From: a virus
Taxonomy: Duplodnaviria; Heunggongvirae; Uroviricota; Caudoviricetes
IMG/VR virus record: IMGVR_UViG_3300033067_001661
Location: 205,624 to 269,623 of that record
Length of the DNA: 64,000 bases
Strand: one strand, 5' to 3'
Part shown: one piece after another, positions 28,172 to 38,400 of the stretch
Layout of the letters: the number at the start of each line of letters is the position of its first letter
Numbering within the stretch: the stretch's first letter is position 1
Notes under the pieces: generated by a model
The model's input: only the letters and a program-made list of their open reading frames with translations
Databases searched by the model: none
What the model was told of the DNA's origin: nothing
Position numbers and translations under genes: made by a program

Positions 28172-28725
28172 TTCTTAGTTTTCTTAAAACTGATTGTTTT
28201 GTTCAAATCTATCTCAATAGGATTATCGACAGAGCCGGACTTTTCAGACCTATCTTCTTGAAGAAGCTTTTGCTCTTTTTCATTCTCTTCATTGATCTTA
28301 TCTTGCTCTATATAAAACTTCTGCTTCTCGGTAACAATCTCAAAAACGCCATCTCTTATACCCTCTGTTATTGTTCGACAGTTCTCAACAAATCCCTTAG
28401 GCAACAGAGATACAGGCTTCATGTCATACATGCCTCCAAAAAAGATCTTCTTACCGTTATAAGCAACAGAATGTTTTTGTTTTCCCGTTGTTCTAAGATA
28501 AAGTTCTCCGCCGTCGTCGTCAGCAAATCCATTATCTTCGTCAACATATTGAGAAACAAGGTCAACAACACTATCTCCGTCTGTTAATACAGTTTCAGAA
28601 ACATATATAACCTCTTTGCCCAAAAGCTCTTTTTTGATAACATTGAGCATAGTAAACGGATAAACCTTAACGGTCTTATCGCATATTGTAATTGTCTTTT
28701 GTTCTGTGTCTAAAAATACTATCAT
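28168..28725 (-). CDS. Hypothetical protein (185 aa)
   Basis: Coupled to both neighbours by ATGA overlaps. Confidence 0.75.
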   Translation of the reverse strand: MIVFLDTEQKTITICDKTVKVYPFTMLNVIKKELLGKEVIYVSETVLTDGDSVVDLVSQYVDEDNGFADDDGGELYLRTTGKQKHSVAYNGKKIFFGGMYDMKPVSLLPKGFVENCRTITEGIRDGVFEIVTEKQKFYIEQDKINEENEKEQKLLQEDRSEKSGSVDNPIEIDLNKTISFKKTKK

Positions 28726-30101
28726 GTTTGCTTCCTTTTAGTCCAAATATCATCCAAAACTATTTTTGCTTCCGCTCCAACCATTTTTCCGTCAAGATTC
28801 TGCTTAATAAAATCTTGCAAAAGAGCATTCTTTACTTTAGCTTCATCGTAGTTATTGTAAACATATCTCATTTTGTCTGCTAAATCATAAATAAAAGACT
28901 GATCAAGTTTCGGGAATTCTTGACCGTCCCAATAATGGATTCCAGTCGTTCCCTTTTCCGCTCGTTCAAACTCTTTGAAATCAACAAGGTATGAGTTATC
29001 CTTCGTCAAGAAGTCTAAACATCCGCTATAGTTTGTCGCTATTATTGGCAAACCGCATAAAGAAGCCTCGCAATAAGGCAAACCGAAGCCCTCTCCTCTA
29101 GAAGGCAAAACAAAGGCATTAAATCCTCTGTAAAAAGAAGGTAACTGATATTCTGGAACAATCTTTGTGCATATACAGATATGAGGCTTATTAGGAAAAT
29201 CTCTGGTTATAGCATCGGCTTCTTTTCTTATCTTTTCTTGCTGCGACCTTGACCTCTCAGAAGTTAAAACAACAAGAGAAACATCGTCCTTGCTTGTAAA
29301 TGCAGAACAAAAAGCCTTAAGCAAAACATCAGAGCCTTTTCTATACCCCCATGATTGAACGCTAACAAAAGAAAAGGACTTCAATGCCGGCCTAAAAGTA
29401 TATGGCTGTACGTTTTCCTTGTAAAGATTCGGATTGACTATTGGATTAACAACACTAATCTTACCAGAGTAGCCGCTATTCAAAAAAGACTGCTTACAGA
29501 ACTTGCTTGTAACCCATAACTCATGATAATCATTTGCTATATCAACAAATTGTTTTGGAACAACATGACTTTCTGTTGTAGTGTACAATATGTTATAACA
29601 GTCCTTTTCTATCTTACCTTGCGTTGGAATAACACTGTCTATTCGTATAGCATCTTTACCAACTGGTCTCCTAAGAATAGAAAAAATCATTGCTTCAACT
29701 TCATTGAGCGTATTGTTTCTTGTTGTTACAGGATCTATTTCAACAGAAAGATTACTTCTTCGCAAACACATTGCAAAGTTTCTATTGACTTTTGAATATC
29801 CTGTTGCGTCATAAAAATGACCTCTCAAGATAACCTCTGTAGACAAACCGCTTGGTTTCCTTTCAACAGAAGGAGGTTCTTGCATAACTGCGGTTTTACT
29901 GAGTTTATAGAGATTCTGTTCAATTCTATCTTCCGTTGCCTCTATCACGCTAAAACAACCAAGCTTTACCATTTTTTGAAACGCAATGCTCTTCTTGACA
30001 AGCTCCGTGTCTATATGTTGAGGCTCTTCATTGGCATACTCTATTGACAAATCAATGTCTTCGAGTTGTACCGAGTTTTTTGTTTTATTGATGAACTTCA
30101 T
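28722..30101 (-). CDS. GT4 glycosyltransferase with a small N-terminal accessory domain
   Basis: TGYSKVNR, RKGSDVLLKAF and FVLPSRGEGFGLPYCEASLCGLPIIATNYSG (GT4 EX7E motif). Confidence 0.9.
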   Translation of the reverse strand: MKFINKTKNSVQLEDIDLSIEYANEEPQHIDTELVKKSIAFQKMVKLGCFSVIEATEDRIEQNLYKLSKTAVMQEPPSVERKPSGLSTEVILRGHFYDATGYSKVNRNFAMCLRRSNLSVEIDPVTTRNNTLNEVEAMIFSILRRPVGKDAIRIDSVIPTQGKIEKDCYNILYTTTESHVVPKQFVDIANDYHELWVTSKFCKQSFLNSGYSGKISVVNPIVNPNLYKENVQPYTFRPALKSFSFVSVQSWGYRKGSDVLLKAFCSAFTSKDDVSLVVLTSERSRSQQEKIRKEADAITRDFPNKPHICICTKIVPEYQLPSFYRGFNAFVLPSRGEGFGLPYCEASLCGLPIIATNYSGCLDFLTKDNSYLVDFKEFERAEKGTTGIHYWDGQEFPKLDQSFIYDLADKMRYVYNNYDEAKVKNALLQDFIKQNLDGKMVGAEAKIVLDDIWTKRKQT

Positions 30102-30109
30102 ATAGACTA

Positions 30110-30134
30110 TATCGGCGCAAAAGAAAACCGCCCT
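30110..30134 (-). promoter_or_regulatory. Candidate promoter AGGG-N17-GATA giving a leaderless GT4 mRNA
   Basis: Overlaps the terminator; ends 8 nt before an ATG that has no SD. Confidence 0.35.
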
Positions 30135-30149
30135 CTTTCGAGAGCGGTT
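30119..30149 (-). terminator. Intrinsic terminator
   Basis: AACCGCUCUC-GAAA-GAGGGCGGUU 10-bp stem (G-U only on minus) followed by UUCUUUU. Confidence 0.85.
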
Positions 30150-30150
30150 T

Positions 30151-30279
30151 CCCTGAACCCGTGTATCTCTAGAACTCTTTGCGTCTCAGTTTAGACTCGC
30201 CCAAAATGAACGTCAGCCAAGCGGCGGCGAGAGGTTCGACGAGTATGTTTATATACTAAGTTCTCGTTAGGGTTCAGAA
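30151..30279 (-). ncRNA. Candidate ~129-nt structured RNA between a stop codon and a terminator
   Basis: Nested helices UUCUGAACCC/GGGUUCAGGG, AGAACUU/GAGUUCU and CUCGCC/GGCGAG. Confidence 0.5.
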
Positions 30280-30663
30280 TTACTTCTTTGCCGGTTCTTC
30301 GGTCTCGCAGAAAAACGGAGAAAGATTCGCCATATCTCTTGCGTTTACCTTACTATCGCCTAGCAAGTCAATAGGAATCGGATTCATATTAACTTCAACT
30401 TCCTCTTTTAAGAGGCCTTCAATCTCTTTATTGAAGTCTTCGATATGTTCAGCCTTAACTCTAATAACACCCTCTTGCTCAAGACGCTCTCCGTACTTGG
30501 CGACAAGATTCTGTCTTGCCTTCTCGTAAACAGTAATTCTGTCTTGAATCAGCTTTGCTGCAACACCAAGACGGTATGATTCTTTTGCCGGAAGGGGCAG
30601 ATTCATAACATTGTTAAGACTTTCAATCATTGGTGCAATATCTCTAAGAGTCAACTTTATCAT
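30280..30663 (-). CDS. DUF1617-like helical phage protein (start moved to ATG 30663)
   Basis: GGAGG RBS; SYRLGVAAKLIQDRITVYEKARQNLVAKYG...FNKEIEGLLKEEVEV pattern. Confidence 0.6.
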   Translation of the reverse strand: MIKLTLRDIAPMIESLNNVMNLPLPAKESYRLGVAAKLIQDRITVYEKARQNLVAKYGERLEQEGVIRVKAEHIEDFNKEIEGLLKEEVEVNMNPIPIDLLGDSKVNARDMANLSPFFCETEEPAKK

Positions 30664-30748
30664 TTGTTCCTCCAAAATAACAGTTCTGGTACTAAGACTA
30701 TGTGTTCCTTCGGAATTTTTATCGACCAAAATCAAGATTCCACAACAA

Positions 30749-30777
30749 ATAAAAAGGGCTACCCTAAGGTAGCCCTT
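30749..30777 (-). terminator. Intrinsic terminator after the major capsid gene
   Basis: AAGGGCUACC-UUAG-GGUAGCCCUU perfect 10-bp stem plus U tract; preceded by a 7-bp hairpin at 30778-30798. Confidence 0.9.
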
Positions 30778-30817
30778 CTGATCTTTCAGGCAGATCAGAG
30801 CCAGTATGTATAACCTA

Positions 30818-31711
30818 TTAGGTTACGGAGCCAGTCAATCTAACTGCGCTGAGAGCGTAGTCGTTGATGATGGCAATGCCAACTTCTTCGTAGATAACCC
30901 AGCCAAGGCGGAGCTTCTTAGGATCGTCAGCAGGAAGAACGGTGATATCCTGGCGAATTGGGAATGCGCCAACGGTATCAGGGGAAGCCAAGCAGAGAAC
31001 ATAGTTCGCTGGCATACGAGAGGAAACGTGAACGTCAGCGGTCCACAAGTGGCCGTAAAGACCAGTTGTAAGGATTTCGCGAGTTGTTGCCTCGTCGAAG
31101 AAGCGGTAAGAAGCAGTTGTTCCGCCTGGGCCGTTGAACATACGAATGTCAGCGTAGCGGAAAGCGTTCATTACCATCTTGGTGCAAACCAAGTCATGCT
31201 GCTCAATTTCGCGGAAGGCAGCGTTGAGGTCGTCGGTCATGATTGTACCGCCCGAGTCAACGATAACCTGCTCAGAACGAAGAGCGGCGATGCATGCAGC
31301 GAAAATCTGCTCATCCTCTTCCTTCTGAATGGCTTCCTTAGCCTTAATCTGAGCGCGGTCAACGATGTAGAATCGGCGTGCCTTGATTTCGCTGAGACGA
31401 ATCGTTGGGTTAGCAGCGATTTCCCAGGTTGGAACAAGGATTTCCTCGCCCTCTACAATCTGGTCAGGTACAGCGCCTCTACGAGAAACGATGTGTGCAA
31501 TAGCAGCAACATCGCGCTCGTAACGAGCAAGAGCGCCCTGAGGCAACTCGTCGATCATGAGGAGCTTACGACCAACCGCCTGATACTCAAGAGAGCGGCG
31601 AATTGGTTCAACCATTGCCTGAGCGAGAGCAGTACGACCCTCATCGGTCTCAAGGGCTTGAGCAATAATCATTTCTTTCTGTTCGTCAGTATATGACTTT
31701 ACAAGACTCAT
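30818..31711 (-). CDS. Major capsid protein (HK97 fold, no delta domain)
   Basis: LAQAMVEPIRRSLEYQAVGRKLL, RRFYIVDRAQ and GWVIYEEVG motifs of large-phage MCPs; follows protease and decoration genes; AAGGAG RBS. Confidence 0.9.
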   Translation of the reverse strand: MSLVKSYTDEQKEMIIAQALETDEGRTALAQAMVEPIRRSLEYQAVGRKLLMIDELPQGALARYERDVAAIAHIVSRRGAVPDQIVEGEEILVPTWEIAANPTIRLSEIKARRFYIVDRAQIKAKEAIQKEEDEQIFAACIAALRSEQVIVDSGGTIMTDDLNAAFREIEQHDLVCTKMVMNAFRYADIRMFNGPGGTTASYRFFDEATTREILTTGLYGHLWTADVHVSSRMPANYVLCLASPDTVGAFPIRQDITVLPADDPKKLRLGWVIYEEVGIAIINDYALSAVRLTGSVT

Positions 31712-31777
31712 TTTCTATCTCCTTTAGTGTCCTTTGGGTTTCCTTAATAGACCCCAGAGTAACAGTAAAACTTAAAC

Positions 31778-31861
31778 TCTTGGAACGGAATTGTTTCCAA
31801 GACAACCCTCTCTTATTGAGAGGGCCAAGCCCCTCCCGCCGAAACGGGAGGGGCGTTAGCC
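31778..31861 (-). promoter_or_regulatory. Multi-hairpin 5' leader of the capsid gene
   Basis: 17-bp stem with UUCG loop, then 7-bp and 8-bp hairpins; no U tract. Confidence 0.6.
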
Positions 31862-31871
31862 GCCTAGTTCA

Positions 31872-32453
31872 TTAGACGCTAAGGATGAATCCAACAAACT
31901 GCGTTGCCAATGGCATCGAGTAGTCAGAAGCAGAGCCTCCATCAACACCCGGAACACCGCTTGGGTAGTTGATCAATCCAGTGGTTGTTCTACCAACCTG
32001 AACGTTAGAGGAAGAGGTTGTCGTAACAAGTCCTGTTCCTGTGTTTTCTGCATAAAGAGCAAGGCCGGGAGATGCTACAGCGCCAGAAACCTGGTCAGTG
32101 TAGAATTCGCCGCCGACAAGATAAACGGTCATCAAGCCGGAACCGAGAGTCTCGTTGAAGTAATCAGAAACACGGTTCTGAGTGTACTTTCTTGCGCCAG
32201 CAGAGTTAACTACAAGAGAATCGCTGTAAGCGTTGTAGCCTCTAGCAGAGTGCAAGGTATCGGCTGCCAAACCAATCGGAGGCGCAGAACCGCCAGAGCC
32301 GGTTGCCTTCTTTACATAGCCAGAGGTGTTAAGACCTACGACCATGCCCTGAATGATTGCGTTTGTGTTAGTACCGCTGTTGACGGCAGAAATATCTGAC
32401 GGATCGAGAGGGTACTGGCCAACTACTGAGTGATACTTTGGAATAAGAGCCAT
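31872..32453 (-). CDS. Capsid decoration/cement protein
   Basis: Directly upstream of the MCP; GMVV...PIGLA...SGLMTVY..GGEFYTDQ..PG..LY beta-tulip-type pattern. Confidence 0.7.
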   Translation of the reverse strand: MALIPKYHSVVGQYPLDPSDISAVNSGTNTNAIIQGMVVGLNTSGYVKKATGSGGSAPPIGLAADTLHSARGYNAYSDSLVVNSAGARKYTQNRVSDYFNETLGSGLMTVYLVGGEFYTDQVSGAVASPGLALYAENTGTGLVTTTSSSNVQVGRTTTGLINYPSGVPGVDGGSASDYSMPLATQFVGFILSV

Positions 32454-32474
32454 TTGAAAATCTCCTTTGTTTTC

Positions 32475-35400
32475 TTATCTTCTAAAAGTCTGTCTTAGAT
32501 CCACGTTTGGATCTTCCTGAGCGAGCTTGTTCGCCTTATCTAACTTGAACAAACTCTGTATGGAATCCTTCAATTCCTCACCAATTTTTCTTTGGTTACT
32601 ACGCTCAGAGATTACTAAAGGCTTTTCTGAACCTTTCGCAACGGTGTCAAGTCCTTTCTTGGAAGCTCCAAAGAGGGCAGTTTCAAGATCCTTGAGGTCA
32701 GAAGGCTCATAACGAGCAAGCTTCTCTATTTCAGAAGCAAGCTTGTCAACGGAAATCATTCCCGCTTTGAGCTTACGACCCGCAACTCTTGTAGCAGCCT
32801 CTTTCTTAGCCGCCAAGGACTCTGCATCGCCACCAGCAATGACCGTTCCCTTATGCGCCGTTTGCTTTTCAGGCGCATTCTTTTCATTCTTATCATACTT
32901 AGCATTCGTTCCGCCGCCAGCAGGAATGCTTGGAGCATCCTTCTCAGCCTTTGGTACGCTTACTAATGTTTCTTTTTCATGTCCCATGAAGCTAGAATCT
33001 CCAGCTTCAACCTTGCCAATATCAGCAGACTCCTGAGGAGTTATTGGATTACCACTCTTTGGATGATCCTTGTTAGCTGCATATGGCTTTGTATCTCCGT
33101 CTTCAGAAACAGGAGCAGCCTTTTCAAGCTTCTTGTCCGAAGCGGTCTTTGTTGCATTCAAGATTCTTTCAGCAAGAGCAGAAGTTCTAGCCTTGCTAGA
33201 AGCAGACTTACCCGCTCCTTGCGTTCCGCCAGTCATTTCATGTTCCTTCTCTGAGGTATAACCAAGCTCTTTCTCATGACCCATTTCGCCGCCGCCAGCC
33301 TCAAAGTTAGCCTTTGGCTTGCTGTTGTCATATCCAGCGTCTTTTTCGCCGCCCATTGTGGCGTCTCCGCTAAATACTTCTGGATCCTTAGCGTCAAACT
33401 TTTCCTCATTGCCCATAGTTCCGCCGTCCTTAACCTTGCCGAAATCTTCGGTATGGTCTTGAACGTTCTTATGAGTTACTTCCTTGGCAATCTTGCCTTG
33501 AGAAGCAAGAACCTTCATAACGCTAGACAAGTCAAGATTGATTTCGCCGGAGCTAGAAATCTTGCCCTTTCTAAATGCGTTTGTTGCGGACTCGGCCTGA
33601 GCCATAAGCTTGAACTCCTCTTTATCTTCTGAACCTTCTTCGCTGTCATTCGAGAAGTCGCTAGAAGAATCCTCTTTTTCTTCTGAATTTTCTTCAGAAG
33701 GCTCGGAAGATTCACCTTCGCCCTCAGAAGATTCGCCTTCAGAAGACTCTCCACCAAACGGATTAGAAGAAGGCTCTTCAACGGAAACCTCAGACTCGCC
33801 AGTTTCAGGAGCGCCTCCCATGTCGCCGCCCTCTGGGGCGACTTCAACGGAAACGTCTTCCTTAAGTTCAACTGGGTTTGAATCAACTACGCCAGGCGCT
33901 TCTTGAACAGCGTCTTGAACAGCGTCAAGAGCGCCGCCCACCGCAGAACCAACTTCTTGAGTTGCGTCTACAGCGGTTTCAAGAGCTTGGTCAGCAGCTT
34001 GGTCTACACCTTCGGCAACTTCGCCAGGAAGGGAGATTGTTGCAGTTCCATCAAGAGGAGCGTTGTGATGAGGCTCGGCAGCAGGATTCTCTCCCTTTGC
34101 CGTATCTATAGCAGCGTCAAACTGCTCTATAACATCAAGAGGGAGTTCGATTGTAATAGTTCCCGCCATTGGGTCGCCACCACCAAGCTCTCCTCCTACG
34201 TCCCCTCCAACATCGCCACCCATATCTCCGCCCATATCGCTTGCAAACGGATCTACGTCGCCTCCAAGTTCGCCACCCATATCGCCGCCCATGTCTCCCT
34301 CAGGAGATGGAACGCCGTCAGTTGGGGACGGAGGAACTTCAGAACCGCCAGAAAGCTCATCAGCAAGATGATCTTCAAACTGAGCATACTTAGCCTTGAG
34401 TTGGTCGCAAACAAAGCAAGCTTGCTTCATGGAGAACTTTCTAGAGCGTACAAAATCTTCTACGCAAGTAACCATAAGGTCTTCGTTCTTCCATATGGAA
34501 GCAAGCTTGATGGCAACGTCATTAGCATAAACGCCAGCGGTAGAAAGCTTCTGGCAAACACAGTCTGCAAGATTCTTTCCTTCGCATGGACCGCTCATTG
34601 CAAGAGCGTTTTCGCCATACTTACGAGCAATCTTCTCTCGGCAAGTTTCGATTGGGAACTTACCTTCAAACGCCGCGGTCTTCTTGAGGCCCGACAAAAC
34701 AGAACTCTTAGAAGCTGTCTTGACAGGAGAAAGAAGGCCCTTATCCTTCATAGCCATGATTGCGTCACCCTTATCGAAGAGCATCATGGAATCAAAAGTA
34801 TCTTCGCTAATACCGGCGGACTTGAGAGCCTTCATAAAGGCGCTCTTCTTACGACGGCAGCTTTCGCAGCCGCGAGTAAGAGGCTTCGCTTCAAATCGCC
34901 ATTCGGCAAATACAGCCTTCTTTCCGCCCTTGTCTACGCCAGCAACATGAACTTCATAAGTAGCGCCCGTATCCAAGCACAAGAACTTATTGTTGCTAAT
35001 CTTCATAACGCTTGTTGAGCCAGTATAAGGACTGATAGAGCCAAGGCTCCATTCAATACCCTTAGCCTTTGCATCTTCAGCAGCCTTCTTAAGCATTGCT
35101 GGGTTCAAACGAGTCATAGCAGCAACTGGCAAGCTTGCAGGTTCTTCGGCTTCTGGAAGAGCAAAGCCTTCGCCGCCCTCCTCGCCGCCACCAAGTCCAG
35201 CCTCGCCAGCTTCCTCACCCTCGCCTTCGCCAGAGTCAAGCAAGCCAGGATACTTAGTAATCTCAAGCTCAACCTTATAAGCAAACTCAGCGGAGCAGTT
35301 ACCGCACTTACCCTTGCCGTCTAGAACATCAACGTCGCTAGAACCGCAAACTGGGCAAATAGTGCCAGGTGGCTTTGGTTGCATATCGCCTTCGCCGCCG

Positions 35401-38400
35401 CCCATCATGTCGTCTTCGCCTGCGCCAAGCTCATCGCCAGGACCGCTTAGGCTTTCAGCAGCAGGAGCGCCTCCCATTCCAGCGTCTGCGCCAGGCATAG
35501 TTGCTCCCATTCCGCCAGCAGGACCGCCGCCTCCCATACCGCCACCCATCTGTCCGCCCATCATCTGGGCTTCCTTAAGAAGGTTGGCTCTGTTAACAGA
35601 ACGAGCAGTCTTATTTGTTCCTTGAGGCTTCTGTGTTGCAGTCTTGAACTGTCCGCTCAAAACAGAAGCAAAAGCCTTCTTCTCTGCGTCCGAGCAAGAT
35701 CCCTCTTCCTTGCAATCAGCCTCAAAGATTCCAGCTTCCTTGTCCAACTTGACGTTAGTAACAACGAATGGAACTTCGATATGGCTCTTTGCGAAAGTAA
35801 AGAGAGCATTCATGAATTCTGTTTGATTGTCTGGGCTTACCTTGACATCTTCTGTAAGGGTTCCGCAAATCTTATAAAGACCGTCTTCTGGACGATCAAG
35901 TTCAGCAAAGGCTTGACGGAAAGCATCTTCTTTGCTTACAACTGTTTCTTCAGAAGAATCTTCGGCAGAAGCGAGCTTGGTATGAGCCAAAGTCTCAGCA
36001 GCAGCAAAAGCCTTCTTATCGGAAGCAACAAACTTGATTGCGTCAACAAAATCCTCAGCCTTGAGGTATCCAATGTTATCACCCATAGAAGCCAAGAGAG
36101 CGTCAACGCTTCTAACCTTGCTACCGCTAGTAGAAGCTACCTTAGCAAAGTAGTTCTTGCGATTTCTTTCAGCAAGACGAGCCTTAACCTTGACAGGGGA
36201 TGCGTTGATAAGAGCAAGATATCCAGCCTTGATAGAAGAGAACGGAGAAGAAGAAATCTTGCTTACAGCCGCAGAAACCTCGGCAGGAGTAAGGTTGTAA
36301 TGAGCAATCGCGTCGGCAACTGCATTGGAAGCGGCCTTAACCAAATCCTTAGCAGATGAAGCCCAACGAGCAGAATCGGTCTTTCCTTCTGGAGCAGCCT
36401 TCTTCTGTTCGTCAAGCTGAGCTTGAGTTGTAACTTCAGGAGCGGTCCACTTATGAGACTTCTGCAAAGACTCTAGCTGAGCCTGAGTTGTCTTTTCTGT
36501 GTAATCCTTACTAATAGAAGTAGAAACTCTGCGGCTCATTTCTGTCCACTGAGCTTCAGTAATAACCTCTGGGTAGCTATCCCAACGAGCAATGTCGTCA
36601 TGCTCAATCGAATCAAGCTGAGCTTGGGTAATAACTTCAGGAGCGTTACCCTTACGAAGCTGATTATCGTCAGAGGTTGTATCATTAACTGGCTTAAGCT
36701 CGCCGTCGCCGTTGAGTTGAGCCTGTGTCGTTACGGTTGGAGCCTTGTCTTCTCTAGGGTGAAGAGGGCCAGCGTTATCAAGTTGCTTCTGAGTGGTAAC
36801 TTCCAACTGGGAAGCCTCTCCTCCAGCTATCTTCGTGGTTTTTTGTGCAGACATATTAACTCCTGATTCTTTCTGATATTGACTTAAAACAATCTTAGCA
36901 GCCTCTTGAGGATTTGAGGAAGCAAGGGCCTTTATTTCATCGCCAAATTCTTCAGCAGAAGCCCAGCTTACAAGCTTATTATCTTTGAACTTTCCGAAAA
37001 CTAGACCGGAACCTTCTACAGTGGCAACAACAACTCTTGTGTCGCCGTTTACAAATTCAGCAATATGTTCAGATTCAGCCACTTCCTTACTCCTTTGTGC
37101 TAGCAGAACGATTGAAGCGCGCAATGCAGAGCTAACACTGGCTAGCTTACTGCTAATATTCTCGCCTTGCTTCAAAAATTCCTTCTTTAATTCTTCAGAT
37201 GCTCCAACAAAACTTGGTCTTGTAACACTTCCCAATCCAGCCATTGAGCCAGATTGAGGGCTTCCCTGAGGGGCGGCTTGGGGTTGAGGCGACTGCGTTA
37301 AGCTCTGAGCGCCTTGTCCAACTTGACTTGGATTAGATACTTGCTGAGCAGCGCCTGCACCTGTCATTGAAGGGTCTAAAGACATAACATTTCCAAGAGC
37401 AACAGCCTGCTCTGGAGGAGATGGAAGTTGGGCGTAACCCATTTCCGTTAGTTCGTCAGTAAGAGATTGAACTTTAGCAAGTTGCTCAACAAGATCACTT
37501 ACATAATCTAGCTGAATTTGCTGTTTTTGAGCCATCATCGAACGAGCAACATGCTCCATAAGATTCATGGCTTGAGTAAGAGCTTGAAGTTCTGCCTTGC
37601 CAGCAGTCTTTTCTAGCGAACCGTCTTTCATTGTATCAACAGCACCGCTAAGTCTCGAAGCAACCTTCCTCAATTCTTCAATCTTATCAGCAACCCTTGT
37701 CTTTACATTATCAAGATTGAGAATATCACAAACCAAACAATCATGGCATGCTGGATTTACAACAAATGAATCCTCGATAAACTTGATATCATAATTCCAT
37801 TCATATACTTTTGCTTCTTTATGAATAAGTTCGTGTTCTTCATTCTTTTTCTTGCCATCTAAAGGGCATGGGTCTGTAGGCTTGCAAGGGCTATCATGAT
37901 ATTTACATTCATATTTGCCGCTAATTTTCCTATTTTTACCACCCTTTATATGAGTGCAGAACTCGTCTGCTGTATGGGCCTTATTATGGCAGATTGAGCA
38001 GATAGAATAAGTAACTTGAGCGCCCATTGACGTACCAGTAATGTATCCTTCTTCGATACCTCTAGCAAGCCTTGGATAAGCGGCTCTATCAACCATATTG
38101 ATACAATAAACACCTTTAGAAGGCTCGTCATACCAAGAGTGAACGACCTTACCTCTTGCGTTCTCTACATTATCATTTTGATGATTTACAAAGACAGGAA
38201 CGCCAACGAAAGTATGAGCAGCCTTCTTAAGTTCTTCTTCAGAAAAACAATCGCCGTTATCATTTACTTCGTTTGCCTTAATAGCAAATACCTTAACAAA
38301 TAGATTGTCTGGATTCTTCTCAATTGCTGCTTGTATATCAAATCCGCCAAGATCTGTTTTCTTGGTTTTATCAATAGAAGCAACTTTAATACGAGAAGTA

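Noticed and set aside
30222-30243. GGCGGCGAGAGGTTCGAC on the plus strand, resembling a tmRNA 5' end or tRNA T-loop
   Set aside because: No paired T-stem, no acceptor stem or CCA, and no downstream tmRNA 3' end; the sequence is better explained by the nested minus-strand structure
30806-31696. 296-aa plus-strand ORF, and similar long antisense ORFs at 33903..35018, 35622..36359, 41717..42526 and 46088..46906
   Set aside because: They lie antisense to well-supported genes with strong codon bias, and show no motifs or RBS; these are shadow ORFs
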